DNA of 63,631 nt, the filler included, from Licmophora abbreviata (Eukaryota): assembly GCA_900291995.1 (NCBI GenBank). It is 5 parts of 5 records of this genome, joined end to end, with 100 filler letters (N's around TTAATTAATTAA, not from the genome) between each part and the next. Parts side by side here need not be neighbours in the genome. Positions count along the whole stretch, not along the records: positions 44,420 to 49,140 come from OLMU01000815.1; positions 49,241 to 63,631 come from OLMU01000816.1; 3 more parts are not named here. One strand, written 5' to 3'. Below are positions 46,933-58,299 of this stretch, in pieces. Numbering within the stretch: the stretch's first letter is position 1; every line of letters starts with the position of its first letter. The notes under the pieces were generated by a model. That model did not search any database. It was not told the DNA's origin and was given only the letters and a program-made list of their open reading frames with translations. The translations under genes were made by a program, and so were the position numbers.

Positions 46933-48238
46933 CTATGACCTATCTACATCCTCGTCCAGTAAAAATTGCTGATCCTCCGAAGTTAGCGGATCCTCCTCAA
47001 CAATCGTTCCGCAGCTAGACGAAACAAGAACGCCCATTGAAGCGCTTCGGCCGCGTTTCGCGAACGTCGCCATCGCCGCCGATGTATCATCGACACTCTT
47101 GAGGAGCTCTGTCTCCAGAGTCGGATCATAGTCCGTTCCCGAGCCATTCACGGAACGCGACGTAGTCGTGTCGAGGCTCTCTGAGCGAGGTCGACGGACG
47201 ATTTGAGGAGATCCTGTCATCCGAATCGGCGCCTGTGTCATGTAGGAAGTTTTGCTGCTATCAAAACTTTTTCCTAGAAGGATCGAGTCGGTTGTAGCGA
47301 TGCAGTGGAGGGAGCAAGGAGGTGCCGCGACAGCCGCGACGGCGCTCAGATCGTGACGCATGAGATCGTCGTCGGACGGGGGACTCTCAAATGCACTCAT
47401 GGATGCTGTACGGGCACCCGTAATCGCCAAAGGAGCCGAGAAACGCGGTGGTGGAGGTGGCATGTCTTCCTTGGAAGGGCCTGTTTGTAGGCGAGGTATT
47501 ACGACGGGTCCCAAATGAGCGGCAGTCTTTCTGTTGACGCTAGAAACCTTGCGTGTTGAGAGCGGAACAGTCGCTCGCGAAGCGTCCAAAACATTTCGTG
47601 CCTGTCTTGCGACCAGTGAGCATACTAAGCAAGCATGTTGGTGTGTCTTGGGACTTCGTCTTGACGGATGCATCCCAGCCAGTTTCGTTCGTTTCTCTCG
47701 ACACTGTCGGTAGTGGGATAGTAGCTTCCTCGACTGGTTGCAGCCATTGAAGTTCTGAGGACAATCGACCCCAGTGCCAGCTAGACAGGTCTTGAGATGA
47801 AGTAGTATTAGTTTGGCGTCATTGCATCCTTTGTGAGGACATCGCTCACCTCCTAGTCGACAGTTCTGTGGTGGCGTACATCCATGGGAAATTTGTTAGA
47901 TTGATTTGACGTGGTGCAATGGATACCACTCAATGCTGGTCCATGGGACGAGGGTGATGGGGGGTTTAATGTCTTACCTGAGCGTGAAGTAGCAGCCACA
48001 GCGACGATGCGGCGCGCTTTGCTTTGGAAACTACTGATCCGACATCAGACTGGGCGGACTGCGTCATCTCTGACGACGCCCCACTGTCTATAGCGTCGGA
48101 ACACTGCGTCGGATCACTTTCAGCTTGAGAAAGAGAGTGCCTGACCCCAACGGTCGACGATTGAGAAGATTCCCTTGTCTTCCCATCATCCTCGACGCGC
48201 CTCGCGACGTTGTCAACGACAACAGGACCGGTCATCAT
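46933..48238 (-). CDS. TAZ zinc-finger protein (exons 48238-47978 and 47865-46933)
   Basis: Intron 47977-47866 gives LLLHAQNC...RCPHKGC...LLHLKTC...CPQNFNGC...LLSHYRQC...CLVC, i.e. three HxxxC...C...C units. Confidence 0.85.
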
Positions 48239-49140
48239 TGGTTCGAGATGCCCGCTGCCTCGCTGCGATTCCGTCTATTGACTTCCTCCAGCCAACAATG
48301 GATGACAACCTCGGGATAGTCCAAAACGATCGAACGCGAGAGAGATCCTTGCCCTGTTGTCTTTGTTCTATACATGGACATCAACTTGTGTGAGAAAGTT
48401 CGAATTTTGGCGTTTCGGATGACGACGGAACACTTTTTGAGTGGCGGGAAAGCCGTGAATCTTTCTCGGATGGCGCGCCAAGCGTCGTGAGCCACTCGTC
48501 AACGGTGAAGCAAGGATTCGCAAAATTCGTGGCCATGAGCGTTTTGAAGGATGGGCAGACGTATTTGTGTGTGGGTGTGGAGAAGTCCTGAAACACTGCG
48601 TAGAAGCTACGTGGCCTCGGTACTCGGGTGACACCCCCTGCTCATGACCATTTCTGATTCGACATATCGCGCGTGGCTCAGGTGAGCATTTCTTCGTCGG
48701 TTTCGGAAGTTTGTAAAGAAACTTTGGACGATCCATATCGCAATGAAGTCTGGTAGCATTGGATTGGTCCGTGAAGAATCGAAAGGCATCTCTGGGCCCC
48801 AGGAATGATCGAAAATTGACCCCACCACGATGGGTCGTCCTCCGCGCGCCGGAACTTGGCGTGCTCACTCTTGATGTTCGTCAAAGACGTTTTGTATGTA
48901 ACATATAGCATCCATGCATTGATATGGATTAATGATATTGGCGAACTCAAGGTGTCAAGCGTGGGCAACTCAAATTTTCTCCCTCCGACGATGATGTCCA
49001 TCCCGTTCTCAAACGCCGTTACTCACTTTCTCTCGCCCCCCGCTTCAACTCACCGCCGACAGTACGTAACAGCAAGAAGCCAGCATCAAAAGAACCTTTG
49101 GTCAATAGTGGGCGCGATTGTTTAGTCTGCAGAGAAAGCT

Positions 49141-49240
49141 NNNNNNNNNNNNNNNNNNNNNNNNNNNNNNNNNNNNNNNNNNNNTTAATTAATTAANNNN
49201 NNNNNNNNNNNNNNNNNNNNNNNNNNNNNNNNNNNNNNNN
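49141..49240. other. Artificial contig linker
   Basis: N-run with central TTAATTAATTAA. Confidence 0.97.
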
Positions 49241-51099
49241 GACCCCGCAGGATCAGCTCATGCTCATGCAGAAGACTGGAATAGATAAGAAGCAGCTGAA
49301 GAATTGGTTCACGAACGCGCGACGACGGATATGGAAACCCATGTTGAAGAAACAGCTCGAGCAGGGCAAGTTGGCGACGACAGGAGCCGGCGGAGGCGTG
49401 TCTGTTGCAGGAGTTGTACCAGGGCTTATGGCTCCCATGCCTCTTTCCGCTCAGGATGGAGAAGCGGGGGAGAGTGCAGACTATCAGACTCAGCAACAGC
49501 AGGTAAGCTGACATGTGTCGATCGACGAGCTTCGTGATGTCATTCTACTTTCGACCAGATTCTCACACCTTGTCGCTGACTGTTTTGCTTTGAAAGTACG
49601 ACGCGTTCGGAAATCCGCTCTTCCCACAACCTCAGACACAAACAACCGTGACAGGGGCACAGCAGCCGTTTGGCACTCAGTACTATCAGCAGGAGGCGGG
49701 GGTGCCGATGTCGACGAGTGGGTCAATCGGTTCGCTTGCTCCGATTAGTAGCAACCCCGCCAGCTTTTCAGGAATGATGAGCAAACACGACAGTCATGCT
49801 GTGCTTATGGAGCTGTTTCAACGTGATCAGGATTTAGTTCGGCAGGCGTCTGAGACCAACAACAGACCGGGGAAAGCAGAAGGTCTCAAGTTTGGGTCGT
49901 CAAGTCTCTTGACGAGCGTCCCGTCTCTCAGCTCCTGGCCACACTTTTCCAGTATCACCTCTCTGAACAATCTCGGATCAATGACGGGTGTAAAGAGTAT
50001 CACCAGTCTCAGCGGAGCGGACCTTGCAAGTCAGGGGAACTTGAGCAAGAGCGGCAACCTTGCCCAGGTAAAGAGTCTCGAGTCGATGGGAAAGCACGAT
50101 TCGTATGCCTTTCTGGAAGTTTTCTTTGGAGACAGGGGAAGCAGCTCGAACCTCAATGCGAAGGATCAAGATCAAGGCGGAAGAGGCGTCAAGCGAGAAC
50201 GTGAGGAGGATAATGATGTGGGCTTGTCGCTCGATGCCGACGAGTCTCCGTCCACTGGGACTACGATGAAACACACTGTTAACGACGAACCAGCAACGAG
50301 CGTGGGCACGCCACAGCCAGCACCGCTCACCACTGTAGCGAAAGAGCCGGAGTCGGGGGTGCTCAAACGCGCGTACGATGACGCTATGGCCGCGCGTGGG
50401 CTCATCTCTGTCAGTAGGAGTTCCGAGAGACTTACAGATCTTGCCCTTCCTGCAAAGATACAGCGAACGCTATCGCAGGAGTTTTTGCGTCAGCAGCAGC
50501 AGACGCAGTACAATCAGTACTCGTACACGGCGCCGGCACCAGTGGCATCCAAGTCGTTTGCTCAGGCAAGCGACAGTCAACAGTATCCAGGGCAACAGCC
50601 GACTCAAGAGTCATCGACGAACAATTCGGCCACTCCTGCTGCAGTTTCTCAGCCGGCGATGAATGCGGACCCAAGTGCCATCAATTCATCTGTGGAAGTC
50701 CCAAACGCTACAAAATGCGATCTGTGCCATTCCACCGGTGTGGACACGCAGCTAAATCCGTGCGGTCATTACTTTCATCACCGCTGTCTTAAACCCAGTC
50801 TCCAAACTCCCATGGGCCAACCGAAGTGTCCCATCGACAATATTCCGATCCAGTCTGCGCTGCTGGCGATTCCGGCCGAGGAGGTATGTTCTGATCATGC
50901 CTATGTGTCGCTCCTGTATAAATCTCGCTGAAATAGCGTACTTACAGTCGTGTGCTCCTTGCTCGATTTATGTCTAAACCAGAAGTCGAATGGCCAGCCA
51001 TCCAACATCCAAACACAGCAGTCTACGACGACCACTTGGGCTAACGCTTCTACGCCCGTCACTGTCATCGCCGCCGAAAGCTCTGTTCACAAGGTCTAA
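49241..51099 (+). CDS. TALE-class homeodomain protein with C-terminal RING finger (5' end lost in gap)
   Basis: KTGIDKKQLKNWFTNARRRIWKP; intron from 49503; RING CDLC...PCGHYFHHRC...CPID; intron about 50884-50981; stop 51097-51099. Confidence 0.85.
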
Positions 51100-51250
51100 C
51101 GGTAAAAAAGGGGTCGGAGAGGGAACGATATGTTTATTATGTCTACTCCCAAATACACACTGCCGATGCCATTCGTCTTTTTTCAATTCACCCTGAACAA
51201 AGCCTCACACTGCTCACAACTGCTACGCAAAAGCTAATCGTAAATAACTA

Positions 51251-52429
51251 CTAGTCACTCTTATTCGTTGGGGATCGTGGTCGATTCTTTGGTTTCGGTG
51301 AAAAGAACGATGCAATGCTTTTCTTCGTGGGTGCAGCAACTAGTTTTGCTTTTTTTCGTGGCGCAGGCGATGCATCAGCTGGACTAGAAGTTGTAGTACC
51401 TCTGGTCGTCGTCGTTGTGGGTATCTTGATTGCACTGCGTTTCGTGGGCGACATTGACGACGAGGCAGTTGACCGCGACATCGACGGTGACTTGGCCATA
51501 AAGAAGTTCTTGACGCTGGGAGTAGTAGACTCTTTCACTTGCGCAATGGCATCGGCAGTACGATACTTCATGGAACTCATTTGGGTCGAGACGGCGTGCC
51601 ATTGCAAATGAGTTTCGGGTGTGGTTCGTGCCGAATGATCCAATTGTTGCAGTAGGGTGGGAGATGGATGAGTGAGCCACTGGTAGGCAAGTTCGTCGTC
51701 CCAAATACAGACGGGCATTCGGGAGTGCAACCAAGTGAGGCAGGGACAAGCGTCGGTGGTGAGAATGGTGTATGTGTCGAGGGTGGGTTCTTCCGACCGA
51801 CCAGTTGACACGGACGTCCACAATCCTGCCAAGAGCAAGAACGGTCTCTGTGTAGTCTGAGTGATGCTGTCGTCATGAGATGTCTGTGGCGGCTTTCGAT
51901 ATACAAAGTACGGTTGCTTGCGACTGCCCTTGAGCGCGGCCGCCTTCCACTCAAAGAATCCGTCGACTGCAATGAGACATGTCTGTCGTTTCATAAACAG
52001 CGAGCGAAAGGTTCGCTTGTCCAGGAGCGTGTCGGACCTTGCATTGAACATTAAGTTACTGAAATGCTGCGACATGTCGTTGGGGTGGAGAGGGTGCTGG
52101 GGTGTGCCGTGTTTGGGAACGAGGCCCCAAACCTTTCGGTCGACACAAAGGCGGTTCGTCGCTGTATTAGAAGTAGACGAGTTCTTGTCCATCCAAAAGA
52201 CGACGCTGCTCATTCCAGGGGCCATGTTGTAGTTGTCTTGGAATTGAGTCGAAGCAGTAAATTCTTCGTGTTTTTGCTGTTGCTGTTCTTCTTGAGCTGG
52301 CTTAGTGGAAGTACTATTCGCGTTGCCGCCATCACCCGACGAGGAGGAGGTCGACGATGATGCTCTCTTCATTAATATTGCTTCGGCTGCTCTCACAGCA
52401 CCTTGCGTTTGAGCAGCACGTCCGCACAT
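51251..52429 (-). CDS. HMCES: SRAP-domain abasic-site protection protein (HMCES/YedK family)
   Basis: MCGR start at 52429, YNMAPG, WGLVP, FNARSDT, DGFFEW, TILTT, HSRMPV; C-terminal PIP-like SIASFF. Confidence 0.92.
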   Translation of the reverse strand: MCGRAAQTQGAVRAAEAILMKRASSSTSSSSGDGGNANSTSTKPAQEEQQQQKHEEFTASTQFQDNYNMAPGMSSVVFWMDKNSSTSNTATNRLCVDRKVWGLVPKHGTPQHPLHPNDMSQHFSNLMFNARSDTLLDKRTFRSLFMKRQTCLIAVDGFFEWKAAALKGSRKQPYFVYRKPPQTSHDDSITQTTQRPFLLLAGLWTSVSTGRSEEPTLDTYTILTTDACPCLTWLHSRMPVCIWDDELAYQWLTHPSPTLLQQLDHSARTTPETHLQWHAVSTQMSSMKYRTADAIAQVKESTTPSVKNFFMAKSPSMSRSTASSSMSPTKRSAIKIPTTTTTRGTTTSSPADASPAPRKKAKLVAAPTKKSIASFFSPKPKNRPRSPTNKSD

Positions 52430-52738
52430 GGTAACGATGAGATCAGCGAGGGCAAGATGAGGTCGAACGTCGAACCGTCGTTGTACATGTGATCTTGTGT
52501 CATGTTGAATGTGCACTCGTCGCCGTCATCTTCAATAGTTCCAAGTTTCGCGAAGTCTGTGCAGGATTTCAATTTCAAGACAAAGCTCGCACCCTATGAA
52601 TTTTGGCGGCAATGCGCACCTTTTCCTTCACCATATCGTACATACAGACCCGTGTCTCTGCTGTGTGGTCGTCCTTGTTGTTGTTGGACATCGAAGAGAG
52701 CCCCGCTTGTTTTACTTTACGGATCGCAGTAGTCTTGC

Positions 52739-54834
52739 ATGGCCCTCCAAGAACCCCTTCTGGCAAACGATCACGACATCATGTCGCCGCCGCCGGCCAA
52801 AGTTACCAGCAGCATCCGCTGGCCCACCGAGGAAGCTTCTCGTGCCAAGCTCTATGTCCCTCGCCACTGGCCTGGCGGCAAGAGAGACGATGCAATGTGC
52901 ATTCTCAAGTACGATGCAGAACAGCACTTGCTCAAGATTGTTCGTGTTGCGGAGAATGAAGAAGTTGTCCTGGATGTGATGGACCCACGCGACGTCATTG
53001 GCGCCAATTTGGAAATCAAACTGTTTGCCGGCACAACGGGCGGTGATGCGGATCGATTTCGAAACACTGTCGAGGAACAAACACAACGAGAAGACACCAA
53101 CGAACAACTTACTAGTAGCATGGATGCGTCTTGTGATATCTTCAAACCCCTCGGAGAAGACTTGGAAAAAATCTTTACGACGACAAGCAACAGCAACGAC
53201 GCTGCAGATGCCATTCCCTATGACACACAGGCCACTGCCTTTCTCAATATCTTCTCTTATCCCCGCAAGGACCCCAAGAACGAATCGTGGTTGTCGTGGT
53301 GCGGCTTGAGTGGCACTTCCAAGAATAGCAGTATTGCGCTACGGGACGATGTTGCTACACCTACATTACCACCGAATCCAAACAAACCCTCGGGCGACGG
53401 TCATCGCTACCCACATCACCGACGATTAGAAGTCGTGCCCAGTCAAGACTTTGCCGACATTCGTACTCTTGCCCAAGCCGTTCGAACTGTCGCCTCCAGT
53501 GTAGCGGATCAGGATAGCGCCACCACTGCCACCAGTTCAGATACTCCTACGACGTCTACCACCACTACTTCCAATCCTACAGTTGGTCGCAAATTTCTTG
53601 TCTTGGTCAATCCCAAGGCTGGTACCAACACGGCCACCAAGGTTTACGAGAATATCGTCCAACCCATGCTGGAACAAGCCTGTATTGATCATGACATGTA
53701 CACGACAGAGTCTACCAGGGATGCCGAAGACTACATGAAGAACAAGGAAAACTTGTCGGAATACGATGCTTACATTTGCATGGGGGGCGATGGTGTCTTG
53801 CACGAAACGATTCAAGGTATCAAGGCGAGGGAGGATGCGGAGGAGGTTCGTAAGAAGTTGACATTGGGAGTTGTGGGGTGTGGGACGGGCAACGGATTGG
53901 CCAAGAGTATTTTGCATGCCAGTGAGGTAAGAGCAAGTGGACTAGACTCATGAATGAATGGATTGATAGATCCGTCTGCATGGGGCAGAGTTGCAATGTG
54001 CGGCGATCGTATCTCACACCTTATCGTTTTGCGCCCACTCCTTTTGCTTATCTAGGAAAATTACTCCCAGCTAGAGTCCATGTTTGTCATTTGCAAAGGC
54101 AAGACAACTCCGATGGACTTGTCAACCTACTATGTCGGCGACAAGAGTTATGCGTCGTTTCTCACCTTTACGTGGGCCATGATTGCCGACGTTGACTTGG
54201 AATCGGAATACATTCGCTGCCTTGGATCGAGTCGATTTGATATTTGGGCCGTCTGGCGGACGCTCAAATTGCGCAAGTATCGAGCCAAGCTGTCGTACCT
54301 TCCTCCGAATGCCGATAGCAAGACCAAAGGAATTGGATCATTGCCGGCACTTTCGGAACCTGTGCCATCCGATTGGACGTCAGTTGAAGACGATTTCGTG
54401 ATGCTCTGGGCTTCACAGGTGACGCATGCGTCTGTTGGCACTTATCATTGCCCGCCTTCGCAGATGCAAGACGGCGTTTTTCACATTCTTGTTATTCGGT
54501 GAGTGTGAACACAGAACAAGAAACTGAAGGTGCTTAATTACGGCACGCCGCTCCAATCTAGTCTAACGCTCCGTGCTCTATCTCTGTTGCCTCTCGCTAC
54601 AGCGGTCCCGTATCTCGATTCAAGATTCTTGGTCTCTTGCTTGGCCTCGAACACGGAACTCATGTTGACAGCTCGATTGCCGAGTTTATTGAATGCGTCG
54701 CGTATCGCCTAGAGCCTATCACAGAGGGAAGCTTCAATGACCTCGACGGGGAGGAAATCGAGTCCGGACCGATTCAAGCCAAGGTCGAACCGGCTGCATT
54801 GAGGGTATTCTGCGCACCCGTCGCGCCGCCATAG
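52739..54834 (+). CDS. Sphingosine/long-chain base kinase (DAGK family), 3 exons
   Basis: VLVNPKAG, GGDGVLHE, GCGTGNGLAKS, WAMIADVDLESE..RCLGSSRF, DLDGE; introns about 53927-54055 and 54499-54603. Confidence 0.92.
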
Positions 54835-54945
54835 AGTAACCACAACGCCGCACCACAAAGGTTTAGAAAACAGCAACCGAATGACCTTGTGGAGGATAGT
54901 CTAGAATAAACTATACATTAGCTTCACCTGCGACAGCGAGTCGTT

Positions 54946-56712
54946 CTATTTAAAGTCGCCGTCAAAGCCTTGAAAACCCGAAAGCATAAAGGCACGGTAG
55001 TATCGCTTCTTGGCGATGCGCGAGGTCCAGTTCCACGCCGAGGTGAGGCGACCGTCAATGCAGCTACCGCCATCGTCGCCGCTGCCATCGAATCCGTGTT
55101 TGAAAAAGTCGGAGAGGACCGCCAATTTCAATCGAGCCTGCGAATCGAACTGTTGCTTGACATAAGCATCGGTTCGCTCGTCGAGACACAATTCAGGAAG
55201 ACACTGAATGAAAGCGACAATGGGGTGAAGGAAGCGGGGAATCTGCGTATACTTGTCGATAAAGACGAGGGCATTCGGTACATCCCGATCTCCCAAGTGC
55301 ACCACTGACAGACCCACCCACGGCGCGCCCGCTTCTTGCTGCGTCTGCGACAGCAGCGACCGCATGACCTTCCCGACACGCGGACACGACTGCACACGAT
55401 TCAAGCCTTGCCCTGTGTTTTGCAGATGGTACGTAGTAGACGTACTGAGCAAGTCATCATCGGCACAGACCCACAATTGATGCATGTGACGCATCACCTT
55501 GCACCAGAGTCGTAGCGATTGCCAGACAAAGGTGTATTGCGTCGCGTGCGAATGGCTGAGCGTCGCCCCGCCACCCGAGTTTTCGCGAAATGCACTCCAG
55601 CCGTAGCGACCGTAACTACCGCTGCCACCGTAACTGCGACTGCTTCCTGATAGCTGCAAGGAGAATCCGTCTGTAGGATGATTTGGATGAAAGTTGTCTT
55701 CGAGATATTCCAACATGGTCTGCACGGGAGCCACGTTGCTTTCGACGTAAGCAATGGCATCGGCAATCGAGTCAATGACACGCCGCACATTATCCACAGA
55801 CAGCTGTTCCGACGAGTAGTACTCCACCAACTCGTCCTGAAGCTGGCGCTTCCGTGCCACTTTGACAGCAATCTCATCCCGTTCCAGTCGCTCTCCTGTG
55901 ACTTGATCTACGACGCGAATATACTCAGTTGCACCGACCAATCGCTCGTCGTCCAGCAAGCTCTCGGCATGATTATCAAGTAAATAGGGACGCACCAGTA
56001 CCATATCTTTGTACAGACTAAAGCCCAGACTCTTGGAGACCGTCGGATTCTGCGCATCCTGAAGTAGGTACATGAGCTTGCCATAGGTCGTGCGCATGCT
56101 ACTGGGATTCAGGACCTTATTGCGACGACCAATCTCAAACATGGCTTGGAACAAGGCAGCGTTCGATTTTGGATCACGCGACGCCCAAGACGACGAGGAG
56201 GGTGGGAGCAATAGTGACGATGAAATAGCCATATTCTTGTTGCGGTGACCGCGACGGCCTTTTTTCTGTTTGAGCAGCCTCTTCTTCTTTTTCTTCTTCT
56301 TCGTTAGTTTCTCTGTGCCGTTCGCATCTTCCGTCTCCTCCGTGTGTTTCGTCGTTGACGTACTAGTACTACTGTGGCTTGAAGTCGCGTGCTGATGCTC
56401 CAGACTCTCCTTGACGACCGCCGCCAGCGTCGTCTGCTCCTGCGCCGACGCCACCGCCAGTCCGGTGCTGATATGACAGGCCTCGAGAATGCCGTCCAAG
56501 ATGCGTCTCGCCTTGAGTCCTCGTCGATTGGATGCAACGTCGACATGATCGGTGTACTCCGAGACTTGCAGAGTGTTGTTGAGTATGGTGAGCAACGCGC
56601 GTTCTTCCGAGCTGAGTCGCATGGGAATGTATTTGGCAAAGTCGGCCAAGGACTGGGTGTTGTTGGAAGAAGAAGACGAGGACGACGAAGATACTTTCTT
56701 CCAGCCCACCAT
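54946..56712 (-). CDS. UPF0652/DUF2009 family protein
   Basis: YIPMRLSSEER, VSEYTDHVD, FEIGRRNKVLNP..MRTTYGKLMYLLQD, HLGDRDVPNALVFIDKY, HGFDGSG..GGSCIDGRLTSAWNW. Confidence 0.88.
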   Translation of the reverse strand: MVGWKKVSSSSSSSSSNNTQSLADFAKYIPMRLSSEERALLTILNNTLQVSEYTDHVDVASNRRGLKARRILDGILEACHISTGLAVASAQEQTTLAAVVKESLEHQHATSSHSSTSTSTTKHTEETEDANGTEKLTKKKKKKKRLLKQKKGRRGHRNKNMAISSSLLLPPSSSSWASRDPKSNAALFQAMFEIGRRNKVLNPSSMRTTYGKLMYLLQDAQNPTVSKSLGFSLYKDMVLVRPYLLDNHAESLLDDERLVGATEYIRVVDQVTGERLERDEIAVKVARKRQLQDELVEYYSSEQLSVDNVRRVIDSIADAIAYVESNVAPVQTMLEYLEDNFHPNHPTDGFSLQLSGSSRSYGGSGSYGRYGWSAFRENSGGGATLSHSHATQYTFVWQSLRLWCKVMRHMHQLWVCADDDLLSTSTTYHLQNTGQGLNRVQSCPRVGKVMRSLLSQTQQEAGAPWVGLSVVHLGDRDVPNALVFIDKYTQIPRFLHPIVAFIQCLPELCLDERTDAYVKQQFDSQARLKLAVLSDFFKHGFDGSGDDGGSCIDGRLTSAWNWTSRIAKKRYYRAFMLSGFQGFDGDFK

Positions 56713-57067
56713 GATGCTAGAGAAGACAGACTGGGGTCGTGTGGAGAGTACAGGAGCAGAGGAAACCGAGCAGAGACGATGATAAGAGGCCACGGTTGAT
56801 CAATATTGCCACGCCGGTCGTCGTCGTCAGCGTCGCCATGGAGCAAACTGAAAGACCGGCGGCGGCGTATCATGAGCGCATTGCCAAACGTAGTGTATGG
56901 TGCGGGCGAGATAAACACACACCCCCACCTTTACGCCAAAGAGACACGAAGACAAATTCCAGTGTACGTGGGACCTGGTAGCGTCCTTCCGTCACACCGA
57001 CCACAACAGTTTCAGCCTCGCCTCGATTCGATTCACGCAGGCCGCACAAAATTCCAAAACGTTCACC

Positions 57068-58120
57068 ATGACGGCGTCGACCCTGACGCCACTGCAGGCC
57101 CCGCAGCCTGCCTTGCTGGTGGATACAACCAAGGAAGATAGCACGGTAACATCTGTCGTTGTCCACCCGTTAGTTCTACTCTCTGTATTGGATCATCATT
57201 CGCGTCGTCAAGAAGCCGAAGGACGAGTGATTGGGACACTTTTGGGACGCCGAGATGGAAACAAGGTGAGTCGCGATGCCTTTGTACTTGGGATGATGTT
57301 TCATTGTTCTGTGAAGCGTATTGTCCGCCGGCTCCCATAGAGTGCTCTTCTCAGCTTTTCTACTTTTGTCACTGCGAATTTCCTTTTGTAGGTCGAAGTG
57401 ACGAATTGCTTTGCAGTTCCCCATGCCGAACGAGGAGACGAAGTGGCTATTGGAAAAGACTTCAACAAGCAAATGCTTGGTTTGCATCTGCGGGGAAATC
57501 GAAAGGAGGTCGTCGTTGGATGGTACGCCAGCTGCTTTGGAAACAATGAGGGTGGCGGTGTCATTGCCGATACATCGTCCCTGATTCATGAGTTTTACTC
57601 GGGAGAAGTCGAAGACGGCGATCCGGTGCATCTCACAGTCGATACGCGACTCTTGCAGGACGAGTTGAATGTACGAGCCTACACGAGCACACCGGTCGTG
57701 GTGCAGGGTGAAGCCCTCGCCAATCTTTTTCATGAAGTCGTGCTCTCTATGGAAAGCGCGGAACATGAAACGATCTGTCTCGATCAAATGGCAAACCCGA
57801 GCAAAGTGCAACACGACGAGGCGGGCAACAGCAACCCGACAGCGGCATTGCAAGTCAGCATGGAACACCTGCTGGAACTATTGGAGAATGCGAGTAACTA
57901 CGTAGACAGTGTTGTGGATGGCAAAACAGCTCCCGATTCTGCCATTGGCCGACACATTGCCGATACGCTGGGCGCTGTTCCCCGTATTCAACCTCAAGTC
58001 TTTGACAAGCTCTTTCAAGATTCCTTGCAGGATTTGCTCATGGTCACGTACCTATCCGATATTACCAAGACGCAATTGACTGTCGCTGAGAAGCTCAATG
58101 CTAGTTTGGGGACTGTGTAG
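57068..58120 (+). CDS. EIF3F: Translation initiation factor eIF3 subunit F (MPN domain); intron 57266-57391
   Basis: VHPLVLLSVLDHHSRR...RVIGTLLG, VEVTNCFAVPH, VVGWY, LQDLLMVTYLSDITKTQL. Confidence 0.92.
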
Positions 58121-58299
58121 ATAATTACGATAAGATACAGTACTATTTCAACATGCGTACCAAGTACAATGAGTAGTTTGTTACCGGTAGTGGGTAGTGG
58201 GCAACTAACTTAGCGTTTCACTAATTCCTGCTATCTTTGTTCTTTTTGATTTACTCCCTGTTGGTTGCGTACTCACTACGATGAGTCCTATTGCTCTCT

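Noticed and set aside
48368..49125. ORFs of 70-166 aa upstream of the TAZ gene
   Set aside because: Non-protein-like composition and overlapping frames; more likely promoter or UTR.
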